Shown: positions 47,970 to 58,902 of the stretch, piece by piece | Position numbering within the stretch: the stretch's first letter is position 1 | Layout: each line of letters begins with the position of its first letter | DNA from: Clostridiales bacterium | Lineage (GTDB): Bacteria > Bacillota > Clostridia > Lachnospirales > CAG-274 | DNA length: 64,000 bases | Direction of reading: 5' to 3' | Assembly (NCBI GenBank): GCA_018371275.1 | Contig: JAHALF010000003.1 | Coordinates: 97,455 to 161,454 of the forward strand | Made by a program: the position numbers and the translations under genes | Notes under the pieces: model-generated | Databases searched by the model: none | The model's input: only the letters and a program-made list of their open reading frames with translations | Told to the model about the DNA's origin: nothing

Positions 47970-49766
47970 ATGGCTAGAAATACTTATGAGATAGATGAAA
48001 ATTTAGAAACCCCTTTTGATATAGAAAAGTTGAAAAGGATAGGAAAATATGTAGCTCCATATAAAATGACAATAGTATTTATATTATTTCTTATGGCTAC
48101 ATCTAGTATAGCTACTATGTTTATACCAGTTATATTTATGAAAGCTATGGATGTTTCTATACCTAACAAAGATATGAATCAAATAGTAAGACTTAGTATA
48201 TATATTTTAGCTATATCATTATATGTGTCTATCGTTTTAAAAGTAAGAACACAAGTAATGACTAAAATGGGTCAAAACATTATATTTGAAATAAGAAAAG
48301 ATATTTTTGAACACGTACAAAGGTTACCATTTACATATTTTGATAATAGACCACACGGAAAAATACAAGTAAGAATAGTAAATTATGTAAATAACTTAAG
48401 TGATTTATTATCAACAGGGCTTGTAAACGTTTTAACAGAGGCGGGTTCATTATTTTTTATAGTAGGATTTATGTTATATATAAATGTTAGATTTACATTA
48501 GTATGTATGTTAGGGTTGCCAGTATTAACTACTCTTGTGTGGTATGTAAAATCTAGACAGAGGAAAGCTTGGCAAGAGGCTAGTAATAAACAATCTAACC
48601 TTAATGCTTATATATCTGAGAGTATAAATGGAGTTAGAATAACTCAATCGTTTGTTAGAGAAAAGGAAAATAGACAAATATTTAATAGACTTAGCAATAA
48701 TTATAGAGATAGTTGGATGAAAGCTGTTAAATATAACTTTTTACTTGGTCCAGCTGTAGAAAATATATCTGCTATAACAACTGCTATAATATATGTTTTA
48801 AGTGTATATTTAGTAACTGGTGGTTCTACCATTATAACAGCAGGTACAGTTGTAGCGTTTATATCATATATAGGACGATTTTGGGCGCCTATTAATACTA
48901 TTGCTGGTTTTTATAATAGTATAGTTACGGCAGTATCTTATCTTGAAAGGATATTTGAAACAATAGATGAACCAGTAGAAGTAAAAGATAGAGATGATGC
49001 AGTAGAAATGCCAGAGATAAAAGGTGAAGTTAAATTTGATAATGTATGTTTTGCTTATGAAGAAGGTCAAAATATATTAAATGGTATTAACTTTAAGGCA
49101 AATGTAGGTGAAAGTTTTGCTATAGTTGGTCCAACAGGGGCAGGTAAAACAACAATAGTAAATTTATTAAGTAGGTTTTATAATATAAATTCTGGTCATA
49201 TATATATAGATAATATAGATATAGAAAGTGTAACTATAAAATCTTTAAGAACACAGATGGGTGTTATGATGCAAGAAAGCTTTATCTTTTCTGGGACTAT
49301 AATGGATAATATAAGATATGGTAATCAGGAAGCTACAGATGAGGAAGTTATAAGAGCAGCAAAAGTTGTTTGTGCACACGATTTTATAATGGCTATGGAA
49401 GACGGCTATAACACAACTGTAAAAGAAAGAGGTAGTGGTTTATCTGCTGGACAAAAGCAACTTATATCTTTTGCTAGAGCATTGCTTGCAGACCCTAAAA
49501 TATTAATACTTGATGAGGCTACATCTAGTATAGATACAGAAACAGAAATAGCATTACAAGAAGGTCTTAAAGGATTATTAAAAAATAGAACATCATTTAT
49601 TATAGCACATAGATTATCTACTATAAAAAATAGTACTTGTATACTTTATGTAGATAAAGGACAAATAGTAGAAAAAGGCTCTCACGATGAGCTTATAGAA
49701 AAAAAAGGTGCTTATTATAAACTTTATATGTCTCAATATGAGTTTTTGAAAAAAGAAGATGAATAA
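47970..49766 (+). CDS. ABC transporter ATP-binding/permease protein, heterodimer partner
   Basis: TMD plus NBD (GPTGAGKTT, LSAGQKQ, LILDEATSSID); 598 aa; 3 nt after the upstream gene. Confidence 0.85.
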   Translation: MARNTYEIDENLETPFDIEKLKRIGKYVAPYKMTIVFILFLMATSSIATMFIPVIFMKAMDVSIPNKDMNQIVRLSIYILAISLYVSIVLKVRTQVMTKMGQNIIFEIRKDIFEHVQRLPFTYFDNRPHGKIQVRIVNYVNNLSDLLSTGLVNVLTEAGSLFFIVGFMLYINVRFTLVCMLGLPVLTTLVWYVKSRQRKAWQEASNKQSNLNAYISESINGVRITQSFVREKENRQIFNRLSNNYRDSWMKAVKYNFLLGPAVENISAITTAIIYVLSVYLVTGGSTIITAGTVVAFISYIGRFWAPINTIAGFYNSIVTAVSYLERIFETIDEPVEVKDRDDAVEMPEIKGEVKFDNVCFAYEEGQNILNGINFKANVGESFAIVGPTGAGKTTIVNLLSRFYNINSGHIYIDNIDIESVTIKSLRTQMGVMMQESFIFSGTIMDNIRYGNQEATDEEVIRAAKVVCAHDFIMAMEDGYNTTVKERGSGLSAGQKQLISFARALLADPKILILDEATSSIDTETEIALQEGLKGLLKNRTSFIIAHRLSTIKNSTCILYVDKGQIVEKGSHDELIEKKGAYYKLYMSQYEFLKKEDE

Positions 49767-49800
49767 ATATAAAGTATTATAAATTTTATTATAATAAAAA

Positions 49801-49833
49801 AGGTAGGTTTTATTAATAACCTACCTTTTTTTA
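49801..49833 (+). terminator. Rho-independent terminator after the ABC exporter pair
   Basis: aggtaggtt-N8-aacctacct followed by T6. Confidence 0.7.
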
Positions 49834-49949
49834 TTTGAAAAATTATTTAATATAAATAAAAAATATTGAAAATAGAATTATAAAATAGTTATAAAGTTAC
49901 AATTATATAAAAAATATATATAAAAGTATACAAACTTAATAATTATATA

Positions 49950-49978
49950 TTGACAATAGTAAAAAAATAATATATTAT
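49950..49978 (+). promoter_or_regulatory. Sigma-A promoter TTGACA-17-TATTAT for the trehalose operon
   Basis: Consensus -35 and near-consensus -10, about 40 nt before the treP RBS. The adjacent CGACATATACGTAC could hold a GntR/TreR operator. Confidence 0.5.
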
Positions 49979-50016
49979 CGACATATACGTACAAGTTAAA
50001 TGAAAGGAGTATTTTT

Positions 50017-51435
50017 ATGGGTAAGTATGTAGAGGACTCAAAAAAATTATTAGAATATGTAGGTGGTAAGGACAATATATCTGCTGTTACACACTGCATT
50101 ACTCGTATGAGATTTGTTTTAAAAGATTCTGAAAAGGCAGATAAAGAAAAAATTGAAAGTTTAGACTTTGTAAAAGGTACATTTTTACAAGCGGGTCAAT
50201 TTCAAATAATTATAGGTAATACTGTTTCACAATTTTATAATGATTTTATAGCTGTTGCTGGTATAGAAGGTGTTAATAAAGAGGAAGTAAAAGAGCAAGC
50301 AAAATCTAATATGAAACCTATACAAAAATTAATGGCTAATTTAGCAGAAATTTTTTCACCACTTATACCTGCTATTATAGTTGGTGGTCTTATATTAGGC
50401 TTTAGAAATATAATAGGTGATGTTAAATTTTTTGAAGATGGAACAAAAAGTTTAATAGAAATTTCTCAGTTTTGGGCGGGAATACACAGCTTTTTATGGT
50501 TAATAGGTGAGGCTATATTTCATTTTTTACCAGTAGGTATTACTTGGGCAATATCTAAAAAAATGGGTACTACTCAAATACTTGGTATAGTTTTAGGGAT
50601 AACTTTAGTATCACCACAACTTTTAAATGCTTATTCTGTATCTACTACTGCAGAAATTCCTTTTTGGGATTTTGGTTTTGCAAAAGTAGAAATGATAGGA
50701 TATCAAGCACAAGTTATACCAGCTATTTTAGCAGGTTTTGTATTAGTTTATTTAGAGAAATTTTTTAGAAAGATATCTCCAGCCTCAATATCTATGATTA
50801 TTGTTCCTTTTTGTTCCTTAATACCAACAGTATTAATAGCGCATACAATTTTAGGACCTATAGGTTGGAAAATAGGAGATATAATAGCACAAGTCGTATA
50901 TACAGGACTTACATCTACATTTAACTGGTTATTTGCAGGAGTATTTGGGTTTATATACGCACCACTTGTTATAACAGGGCTACATCATATGACAAATGCT
51001 ATAGATTTACAATTAATGGCACAGTTTGGAGGAACTATGCTTTGGCCTATGATAGCTTTATCTAATATAGCACAAGGTTCGTCTGTTTTAGCAATGATAT
51101 TTTTACAAAAAAATTATGAAAAAGAAAAGCAAGTTTCTATACCAGCTTGTATATCTGCATATTTAGGGGTTACAGAGCCAGCTTTATTTGGTGTAAATTT
51201 AAAATATGGCGTGCCTTTTATATGCGGTATGATAGGCTCAGGTTTAGCTGCTATAATATCTGTTAAAGGTAGTGTTATGGCAAATGCTATAGGTATAGGT
51301 GGATTACCAGGTATATTATCTATACAACCTAATAGTATGATAATTTTTGCTATTGCTATGTTAGTTGCAATATTTGTACCATTTGTATTGACAATTTTAG
51401 CTTATAAAAAGAAATATAAATTAGAAAAAAGATAA
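50017..51435 (+). CDS. treP: PTS system trehalose(sucrose)-family EIIBC component
   Basis: EIIB Cys motif NISAVTHCITRMRF plus an EIIC glucose-superfamily membrane domain; 472 aa. Confidence 0.8.
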   Translation: MGKYVEDSKKLLEYVGGKDNISAVTHCITRMRFVLKDSEKADKEKIESLDFVKGTFLQAGQFQIIIGNTVSQFYNDFIAVAGIEGVNKEEVKEQAKSNMKPIQKLMANLAEIFSPLIPAIIVGGLILGFRNIIGDVKFFEDGTKSLIEISQFWAGIHSFLWLIGEAIFHFLPVGITWAISKKMGTTQILGIVLGITLVSPQLLNAYSVSTTAEIPFWDFGFAKVEMIGYQAQVIPAILAGFVLVYLEKFFRKISPASISMIIVPFCSLIPTVLIAHTILGPIGWKIGDIIAQVVYTGLTSTFNWLFAGVFGFIYAPLVITGLHHMTNAIDLQLMAQFGGTMLWPMIALSNIAQGSSVLAMIFLQKNYEKEKQVSIPACISAYLGVTEPALFGVNLKYGVPFICGMIGSGLAAIISVKGSVMANAIGIGGLPGILSIQPNSMIIFAIAMLVAIFVPFVLTILAYKKKYKLEKR

Positions 51436-51457
51436 TATATTATGAGGAGATATTATA

Positions 51458-53113
51458 ATGAGTAATTTTAAAAAAAGTGTAGTTTATCAAATATACCCTA
51501 AATCTTTTAATGATTCTAATGGAGATGGTATAGGAGATTTGCAAGGAGTTATACAAAAACTTGACTATTTAAAAGAGTTAGGTGTAGACTATATTTGGCT
51601 AACACCATTTTATAAGTCACCTCAAAAAGATAATGGTTATGATATATCAGACTATTATAATATAGATGAAATATTTGGTACTATGGAAGATTTTGAAAGT
51701 CTTGTAAAGGAAGCTAAAAATAGAAACATAAATATAATGCTTGATATGGTATTTAACCATACATCGACAGAGCATAAGTGGTTTAAAAGTGCTATAAATG
51801 GTGATGAAAAATATAAAAATTTTTATATTTTTAAAAAGGGCAAAGGCGATGAACCACCTACAAATTGGCTTTCTAAATTTGGTGGTAATGCTTGGGAATA
51901 TGTAGAAAAATTTGATGAATACTATTTACATTTATTTGATGTTACTCAGGGAGATTTAAACTGGGATAATAAAGAAGTTAGAGAAGAAATATTTAGAGTT
52001 GCTAATTTTTGGTTACAAAAAGGTGTAAAAGGTTTTAGATTAGATGTTATAAATTTAATATCTAAACCAGAAATATTTGAAGATGATAATGTAGGAGATG
52101 GTAGAAAGTTTTATACAGATGGTATTAATATCCACAAATATTTAAAAGAGCTTAATGAAAATACTTTTGGGAAATATGATAATATAGTAACTGTGGGAGA
52201 AATGTCTTCAACATCTATTGAAAATTGTATTAAATACTCTAATCCAGATGAAAAAGAATTATCAATGGTATTTAATTTTCATCATTTAAAGGTTGATTAT
52301 AAAGATGGTGATAAGTGGACTTTAATGGACTTTGATTTTATGATGCTAAAAAAAATATTTAAAGAATGGCAAGAAGGCATAGAAAAAGGTAACGGGTGGA
52401 GCGCTACTTTTATGTGTAACCACGATCAGCCAAGGGCATTATCAAGATTTGGTAATGATAAGGAATATCAAAAAGAAAGTGCTAAAATGTTAGCTACAAC
52501 TATTCATATGATGAGGGGCACACCTTATATTTATCAAGGAGAAGAAATAGGTATGACTAATCCTTATTTTGATAGTATAGATAAATATAGAGATGTAGAA
52601 AGTATAAACTATTATAATATATTAAAAGAGCAAGGTATAGACGAAGAAACTATATTAAATATATTAAAATGTAAATCAAGAGATAACTCTAGAACGCCTA
52701 TACAATGGAGTGATGAAGAAAATGCTGGGTTTACAAAAGGAACGCCTTGGATGCCTATATCAAATAATTACAAAGAAATAAATGCACAAAATTGTTTAAA
52801 TGATAAATTTTCTATATTTTATCACTATAAAAAATTAATACAGCTAAGGAAAGAATATGATATTATATCAAATGGAACATTTAAAATGATTTTAGAGGAT
52901 AATAATAAAATATTTGCTTATATTAGAGAGTATAAAAATGAAAAACTATTAGTTATAAACAATTTTTATGGAGAAAATGTTAATATAACTTTAAATAAAG
53001 AATTAATAAGAGAAAATAAGATATTAATATCTAATTATAAAGAACAAAATATTTTAAAAGAAAATATGGAAATAAAGCCATATGAATCTATAGTATATCT
53101 TATTAAGAATTAA
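51458..53113 (+). CDS. treC: Alpha,alpha-phosphotrehalase (GH13 trehalose-6-phosphate hydrolase)
   Basis: GH13 catalytic motifs (GFRLDVINLI, GEMSS, FMCNHDQPR); 551 aa; downstream of treP. Confidence 0.8.
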   Translation: MSNFKKSVVYQIYPKSFNDSNGDGIGDLQGVIQKLDYLKELGVDYIWLTPFYKSPQKDNGYDISDYYNIDEIFGTMEDFESLVKEAKNRNINIMLDMVFNHTSTEHKWFKSAINGDEKYKNFYIFKKGKGDEPPTNWLSKFGGNAWEYVEKFDEYYLHLFDVTQGDLNWDNKEVREEIFRVANFWLQKGVKGFRLDVINLISKPEIFEDDNVGDGRKFYTDGINIHKYLKELNENTFGKYDNIVTVGEMSSTSIENCIKYSNPDEKELSMVFNFHHLKVDYKDGDKWTLMDFDFMMLKKIFKEWQEGIEKGNGWSATFMCNHDQPRALSRFGNDKEYQKESAKMLATTIHMMRGTPYIYQGEEIGMTNPYFDSIDKYRDVESINYYNILKEQGIDEETILNILKCKSRDNSRTPIQWSDEENAGFTKGTPWMPISNNYKEINAQNCLNDKFSIFYHYKKLIQLRKEYDIISNGTFKMILEDNNKIFAYIREYKNEKLLVINNFYGENVNITLNKELIRENKILISNYKEQNILKENMEIKPYESIVYLIKN

Positions 53114-53145
53114 TAACTTTTTAGTATTCTAATTAACATTAAAAT

Positions 53146-53889
53146 ATGATAAAATATTTATTGGGTGATTTTATGAATAATAAATATTTAACTATATATA
53201 ACGATTTGGCAGAGAAAATAAAAACTGGATATTATAAAGCAGATGATTTGTTACCTTCAGAAAGTAATCTTATGAAAGATTATAATGCCTCAAGAGATAC
53301 TATTAGAAAATCTTTAAATATTTTAACACAAGAAGGATATATTCAAAAATCTAAGGGAAAAGGTTCATTTGTTTTAGATATAAATAGATTTGCTTTCCCA
53401 GTATCAGGAGTAGTTAGTTTTAAAGAAATTGGTAAACAATTAGGAAAGAAATTCAGTACAGAAGTAAAAATATTACAATGTATATTACCAGATAAAACTA
53501 TTTGTAATTATTTAAATATTAATAAAAATCAAAAAGTTTGGGAAATATTTAGAACAAGAAAAATAGATAGAGAAAATATTATACTAGATAAAGATTATAT
53601 TTTACAAAAGTTTGTAAATAATTTAACTTTTGATATTTGTAAAAATTCTATATATGAATATATAGAGGATATTCTTAATTTAAAAATAGCCTATGCAAAA
53701 AAACAAATAACTGTTGAAAAGTCTACAGAGGAGGATAAAAAATATTTAGATTTAGATGGATACAATATGGTTGTTGTTGTTAGAAGCTGCACTTATTTAG
53801 AAGATACAAGTCTTTTTCAATATACAGAGTCTAGACATAGGCCAGATAAATTTGTTTTTGTAGATTTTGCTAGAAGAAATAAATTATAA
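53146..53889 (+). CDS. treR: GntR/HutC-family trehalose operon repressor
   Basis: N-terminal GntR HTH and C-terminal UTRA domain; 247 aa. Confidence 0.75.
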   Translation: MIKYLLGDFMNNKYLTIYNDLAEKIKTGYYKADDLLPSESNLMKDYNASRDTIRKSLNILTQEGYIQKSKGKGSFVLDINRFAFPVSGVVSFKEIGKQLGKKFSTEVKILQCILPDKTICNYLNINKNQKVWEIFRTRKIDRENIILDKDYILQKFVNNLTFDICKNSIYEYIEDILNLKIAYAKKQITVEKSTEEDKKYLDLDGYNMVVVVRSCTYLEDTSLFQYTESRHRPDKFVFVDFARRNKL

Positions 53890-54058
53890 ATTAATGGTGT
53901 AGATATAATCTACACCATTTTAAATTAAAGGTTATTTATATATTTAATATCTTTTTAATATTATTTTATTTATAAATTTATATTTTAATATTTATGAATA
54001 AAATATAAGTTTTAGTAAAATATAAATTTATAGGTAAATTTTATGGGAGGTTATTATA

Positions 54059-55245
54059 TGAATAAAAAAATATTAATCTTTTTAATGTTATCAATATTTA
54101 TTTTTAGCAGTAGTTTTACAATTTTTGCAAATGAACAACAGGCAGAACAACAGACAGAAAATTTAGATGTATTAGCAAAGTCAGCAATACTTATAGAGGC
54201 TACAACTGGTAAAGTGTTATATGAGAAAAATCCAGATGAAAAGCTTCCACCTGCTAGTGTTACAAAAGTAATGACGCTATATTTAATATATGAGGCTATT
54301 GATAGTGGTAAAATAAAATGGGAAGATACCGTAACAGTTAGTGAATATGCAGCTAGCATGGGAGGTTCTCAAATATTTTTAGAGCCTATGGAAAAACAAG
54401 ATGTAAAAACACTTACAAAGTCTATAGCTATAGCATCTGCTAATGATGCAGCTGTAGCAATGGCAGAGCATATAGCAGGTTCTGAACAAGAGTTTGTAAA
54501 ACTTATGAACGAAAAAGCAAAAGAACTTGGTATGGAAAATACTAATTTTGAAAATGCTTGTGGGTTAGATACAGATACAGTAAACCACTATATGAGCGCT
54601 AGAGATATAGCTATAATAAGTAGAGAACTTATGACAAAATATCCAGATGTAAAAGAATTTACAACAAAATGGCAAGATACTATTACACATAAAACTAGAA
54701 AAGGAGAAACAGAATTTGGGCTTACAAACACAAATAAGTTGTTAAAAATGTATGATGGTGCAACAGGACTTAAAACGGGTTCTACAAAAAAAGCTTTATA
54801 TTGTTTATCTGGAAGTGCAGAAAGAAATGGACTTTCTATTATAGCTGTTGTTATGGCATCACCAGACCCTAAAGTAAGATTTCAAGAAGTAGCTAAAATG
54901 TTTGATTATGGTTTTGCTAATTATCAAGTTGTACAATGTGATGAACAAGGTAAAAATATGGGGTATACAAATGTTTATAAGGGAGAAAAGCCTACTGTAA
55001 ATGGTATTATAGAAAAACCAGCAAGTTTTGTTATTAAAAAAGGTGCATCTACCGATATACAAAAAGATATACAAATGATAGAGGGTGTAAAAGCTCCTGT
55101 TATTAAGGGAACAAAAATAGGAGAGGCTATTTACACTTATGAAGGAAATGAAATTGGTAGGATAGATATTTTGGCAGAAGAAGATATTAAAAAAGCATCT
55201 TTAAATGATATGTTAAAAAGATTAATAATTGATTGGGTGGTATAA
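54059..55245 (+). CDS. D-alanyl-D-alanine carboxypeptidase (class A low-MW PBP, DacB/DacF-like)
   Basis: Signal peptide, SxxK ASVTKVMT, SxN, KTG. Start taken at ATG 54059 after GGGAGG. Confidence 0.85.
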
Positions 55246-55371
55246 TATAATATTATAAAAGTAAGTATAAACTTATTAATAAGTTTATACTTACTTTTAA
55301 TTTATATATAACTATGTTATAATTATATATAAATTTAATATAGTAATATAAGATATATAAAGGTGTTATTT

Positions 55372-56214
55372 ATGAGTAAAAGTTTAAAAGTTGTAAATTT
55401 TATAAGAGTTTTAATAAAAAAGACATTGGAAAATGAGCTTATGTTAATGTCTAATGCTTTAACATATAAGCTACTTATAGCAATATTTCCTTTTATAATA
55501 TTTCTTATGACACTTCTTGGATTTTCTAACCTTAATGTAGAAGATTATATTATAGAGGCTAGTAAAACACTTCCAGAGCCTATTGAAAATATATTAATAG
55601 TATTTGTAAAAGAGGTTGTACATACAAAAAGCGTTAGCTTATTATCTACTAGCTTTTTGGTAACTATATATAGTGCATCTACGGGGTTTAACTCTATTAT
55701 ACAAGGTCTAAATAGGGCATATGGACAAGAAGATACTAGAAATTTTATTTTAAAAAGAGGGACGAGCGTGATGCTTGTGTTTATATTTGCTATATTAGTA
55801 AACTGCTCTTTATTATTTTTTATATTTAGTGATTATATAGGTAAACTAATAATAAAATATACACCTTTAGAGTTTATACCATATTTTTTAGATAGTATAT
55901 TTTTATATATATTTATAGGACTTGTTTTATTAGTTATGGTTTTAGTTATATATAAAATATCTATATCAAGAAAAGTTACTTTAAAAAGTATATTACCAGG
56001 AGCTATAATATCTGTTTTTAGTTGGCTTATATTATCTAAAGGATTTAATATATATATAAATAATTTTTCTAAGTATTCTAAAATATATGGAAGTATAGGA
56101 AGTATATTTGTGCTTGTTATATGGTTAAATATGATTTCTTTAGTGTTATTATTAGGCGGACAAATTAATGCCATTTTAGAAAAATATAGTATGTTTAAAG
56201 TAGATAAATGTTGA
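55372..56214 (+). CDS. YihY/BrkB family membrane protein
   Basis: YihY-type polytopic membrane topology. Start taken at ATG 55372 (AAAGGTG RBS). Confidence 0.7.
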   Translation: MSKSLKVVNFIRVLIKKTLENELMLMSNALTYKLLIAIFPFIIFLMTLLGFSNLNVEDYIIEASKTLPEPIENILIVFVKEVVHTKSVSLLSTSFLVTIYSASTGFNSIIQGLNRAYGQEDTRNFILKRGTSVMLVFIFAILVNCSLLFFIFSDYIGKLIIKYTPLEFIPYFLDSIFLYIFIGLVLLVMVLVIYKISISRKVTLKSILPGAIISVFSWLILSKGFNIYINNFSKYSKIYGSIGSIFVLVIWLNMISLVLLLGGQINAILEKYSMFKVDKC

Positions 56215-56373
56215 AAAGACAAATAAAATGTGTTAAAATAAAAAAACATATTAATAAAGGTTTAAAAGTAATATATTTTGAAAAAATTTTGTTTTTTATA
56301 ATATTTGATAAAATATATATAAACTAGTAAAATATTATTAGGACTAATAAATAATATTTTATGAGGGGATATT

Positions 56374-56685
56374 ATGATAAACTTTGATAATCAGCTGGAT
56401 ATTACAAAAAATATTAAAATGATAGAAATATTAAAAGGGCAAATATTAGCAGGTGTATCGGATTTACACAATAGTTTTATACAACCAGATAGCACAGAGG
56501 CAGAAAAAATAGAAATATTTGCAGATTTAACTATATTAATATATATACTTGCTAAAAAAATTGGTATAAGCCCAGAAACATTACTTTTAAAAATAAATAA
56601 AAAGTTAAAAATAGGTGTTTTAGATGAAACAGATATTTTTAATGAAGATGTTAAGGAGCTTTTAAGATATTTTAATAAACTATAA
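56374..56685 (+). CDS. Small MazG-like nucleotide pyrophosphohydrolase family protein (tentative)
   Basis: 103 aa. STEAEKIEIFADLTILIYILAKKIGI resembles the MazG EExxE/metal-binding helix pair. Confidence 0.4.
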   Translation: MINFDNQLDITKNIKMIEILKGQILAGVSDLHNSFIQPDSTEAEKIEIFADLTILIYILAKKIGISPETLLLKINKKLKIGVLDETDIFNEDVKELLRYFNKL

Positions 56686-56743
56686 TATTGAAAATTATTT
56701 TTCTTAATCTTTTTGCTAAAGATTTTATTAGAGAGGATTTATT

Positions 56744-58444
56744 ATGAAAAATTTTGATAATATACCTTTTAGTGCTTTAAAGATAGCACCAGATGGAATA
56801 TTTGTTTCTTATAATGCTGTTTTCGAAAAAAATATTTTACCTTATTTAGAAGAAAAAACTAATATTAAAGACATAATAGAAGATTTTGCTTTTAATAAGG
56901 AAGAACAACAAGTAATTATTAATCAAAAGGGGTATAATATATTTGTAAGAAAAAATGAGCAAAATTATGACTTATTTTTTAGCGAAATAAAAATGCTTGA
57001 TAAATATAAAACAACAGTAGGATTACTTGTTATAGATAACTATGATGAAGTTTTAGACAGTTTGGAAGAGTTTAGACATCCTCTTATACTAGCTATTGTA
57101 GATAGAAAAATAAAAAAAATGGCTAGGGATTTAGGAGGAGTTGTTAAAAATTTTGAAAAAGATAAATATATACTTATTTTATCTCAAGAGAGTTTAGATG
57201 AACTTAAAAAAAATAAATTTGATATATTAGACAATATTAGAGAAATAGATATGGGTAATACTATACCTGTTACATTATCAATAGGTATAGGAAAAAACGG
57301 GGAAAATTTAGATGAAAATATGGAGTTTGCTAGAGTGTCTTTAGACCTTGCTCTTAGCCGTGGTGGAGATCAAGTTATTATAAAAGATGGCGAAAATTAT
57401 CAGTTTTTTGGTGGACACACTAAAGAAGGTAATAGAAACTCTAGAGTTAGAGCAAGGGTTAAGGCATATGCTCTAACAGAGCTTATAGAAGATGCATCAA
57501 ATGTTATTATTATGGGGCATAGGCATACAGATTTAGACTGTATGGGGGCAGGTATTGGAGTATATTCTATTGTTTCGGCATTAGATAAAAATTGTAAAAT
57601 AGTTTTAAATGATGTAACATCTTCTGTATCATATTTATATGATAGAGTAATAAAAGATGAAAAATATAAAGATGTTTTTATATCATCAGAAGAGGCTTTA
57701 AAGCTTGTTAATAGAAAGACACTTTTAATAATAGTAGATGTATATAAACAAGGACTTTGTGAATGTCCAGAGCTTGTAGATAAGGTTAAAAAAATAGTAG
57801 TTTTTGACCACCATAGAAAAGGGACAGACTATATAGAAAATGCTGTTTTAACATATCACGAGCCATATGCTTCTTCTACTTGTGAGCTTATAACAGAAAT
57901 GCTTATGTATATTAATAAAAATATACCTATAAAACAAGTTGAGGCAGACTCTATCCTTGCAGGTATTATTGTAGATACTAAAAATTTTGCATTTAAAACA
58001 GGTATTAAGACATTTGAAGCTGCTGCATTTTTAAAGAAAAAAGGTGCAGATACTATTAGGGTTAAAAAACTATTTAAAAATAGCATAGATTGTTATAATG
58101 CTAGAGCAAATGTTGTATCTAATATGAAGTTATATAGAGAAAATATGGCTATAGCTATTTTAGAAGATGAAATAGATAACCCTCTTTTAGTTGTGGCACA
58201 AGCTTGTGATGAGTTATTAAATATAGATAATATAAATGCTAGTTTTGTACTTTGTAAAATAAATAATAATATATCTATTAGTGCCAGAAGCTTTGGAGAG
58301 ATAAATGTTCAAATTATAATGGAAAAGCTTGGTGGTGGTGGCCATCAAGCTATATCAGCAACACAAATAAAAGATGTTACAATAGAAGAGGCTGTAAATA
58401 TGCTTAAAGGTGCAATAGATGAATATTTTAAGGAGGAAGAATAA
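56744..58444 (+). CDS. DHH/DHHA1 phosphoesterase, GdpP-like c-di-AMP phosphodiesterase without an N-terminal transmembrane anchor
   Basis: PAS-like segment, degenerate GGDEF-like segment, DHH (MGHRHTDLDCMGAG) and DHHA1 (GGGGHQ). Conserved position upstream of rplI-dnaB. No hydrophobic N-terminus. Confidence 0.75.
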   Translation: MKNFDNIPFSALKIAPDGIFVSYNAVFEKNILPYLEEKTNIKDIIEDFAFNKEEQQVIINQKGYNIFVRKNEQNYDLFFSEIKMLDKYKTTVGLLVIDNYDEVLDSLEEFRHPLILAIVDRKIKKMARDLGGVVKNFEKDKYILILSQESLDELKKNKFDILDNIREIDMGNTIPVTLSIGIGKNGENLDENMEFARVSLDLALSRGGDQVIIKDGENYQFFGGHTKEGNRNSRVRARVKAYALTELIEDASNVIIMGHRHTDLDCMGAGIGVYSIVSALDKNCKIVLNDVTSSVSYLYDRVIKDEKYKDVFISSEEALKLVNRKTLLIIVDVYKQGLCECPELVDKVKKIVVFDHHRKGTDYIENAVLTYHEPYASSTCELITEMLMYINKNIPIKQVEADSILAGIIVDTKNFAFKTGIKTFEAAAFLKKKGADTIRVKKLFKNSIDCYNARANVVSNMKLYRENMAIAILEDEIDNPLLVVAQACDELLNIDNINASFVLCKINNNISISARSFGEINVQIIMEKLGGGGHQAISATQIKDVTIEEAVNMLKGAIDEYFKEEE

Positions 58445-58894
58445 ATGAAAGTTATATTACTTGAAGATGTAAAAGGTGTAGGTAAAAAAGACCAAATAAT
58501 AGATGCTAATGATGGATATGCTAAAAACTTTTTATTACCAAAAAAATTAGCTGTATTAGCAGATAAAAATAACCTTACTAAAATGGATAACATTAAAAAA
58601 ATAGAAGATGCTAAAAAGCAAGAAGAATATGATAACGCAGTAGCTCTTGGTAAAGAAATAGAGTCTAAAACATTAAAAATAAATGTAAAGCTTGGTAGCA
58701 ATGGAAAGCTTTTTGGGACTGTTACAAATAAGGAAATAGCTAGTGCTTTAAAAGAACAATCAAATATAGAAATAGATAAAAAGAAGATTATTTTATCAAG
58801 TCCTATAAAAACATTAGGAGAAAAAGAAGTTACTGTTAAATTGCACCCTAAAGTTAGTGTTACATTAAAAATAGCTATTAATGAACAAAAATAG
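58445..58894 (+). CDS. rplI: 50S ribosomal protein L9
   Basis: MKVILLEDVKGVGKKDQII...NFLLPKKLA; 149 aa. Confidence 0.9.
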   Translation: MKVILLEDVKGVGKKDQIIDANDGYAKNFLLPKKLAVLADKNNLTKMDNIKKIEDAKKQEEYDNAVALGKEIESKTLKINVKLGSNGKLFGTVTNKEIASALKEQSNIEIDKKKIILSSPIKTLGEKEVTVKLHPKVSVTLKIAINEQK

Positions 58895-58902
58895 GTATAA
58901 AT

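Noticed and set aside
49979-50016. Possible TreR operator or cre site (CGACATATACGTAC) between the tre promoter and treP
   Set aside because: It is not a clean palindrome and does not fit the cre consensus well enough to call from sequence alone.
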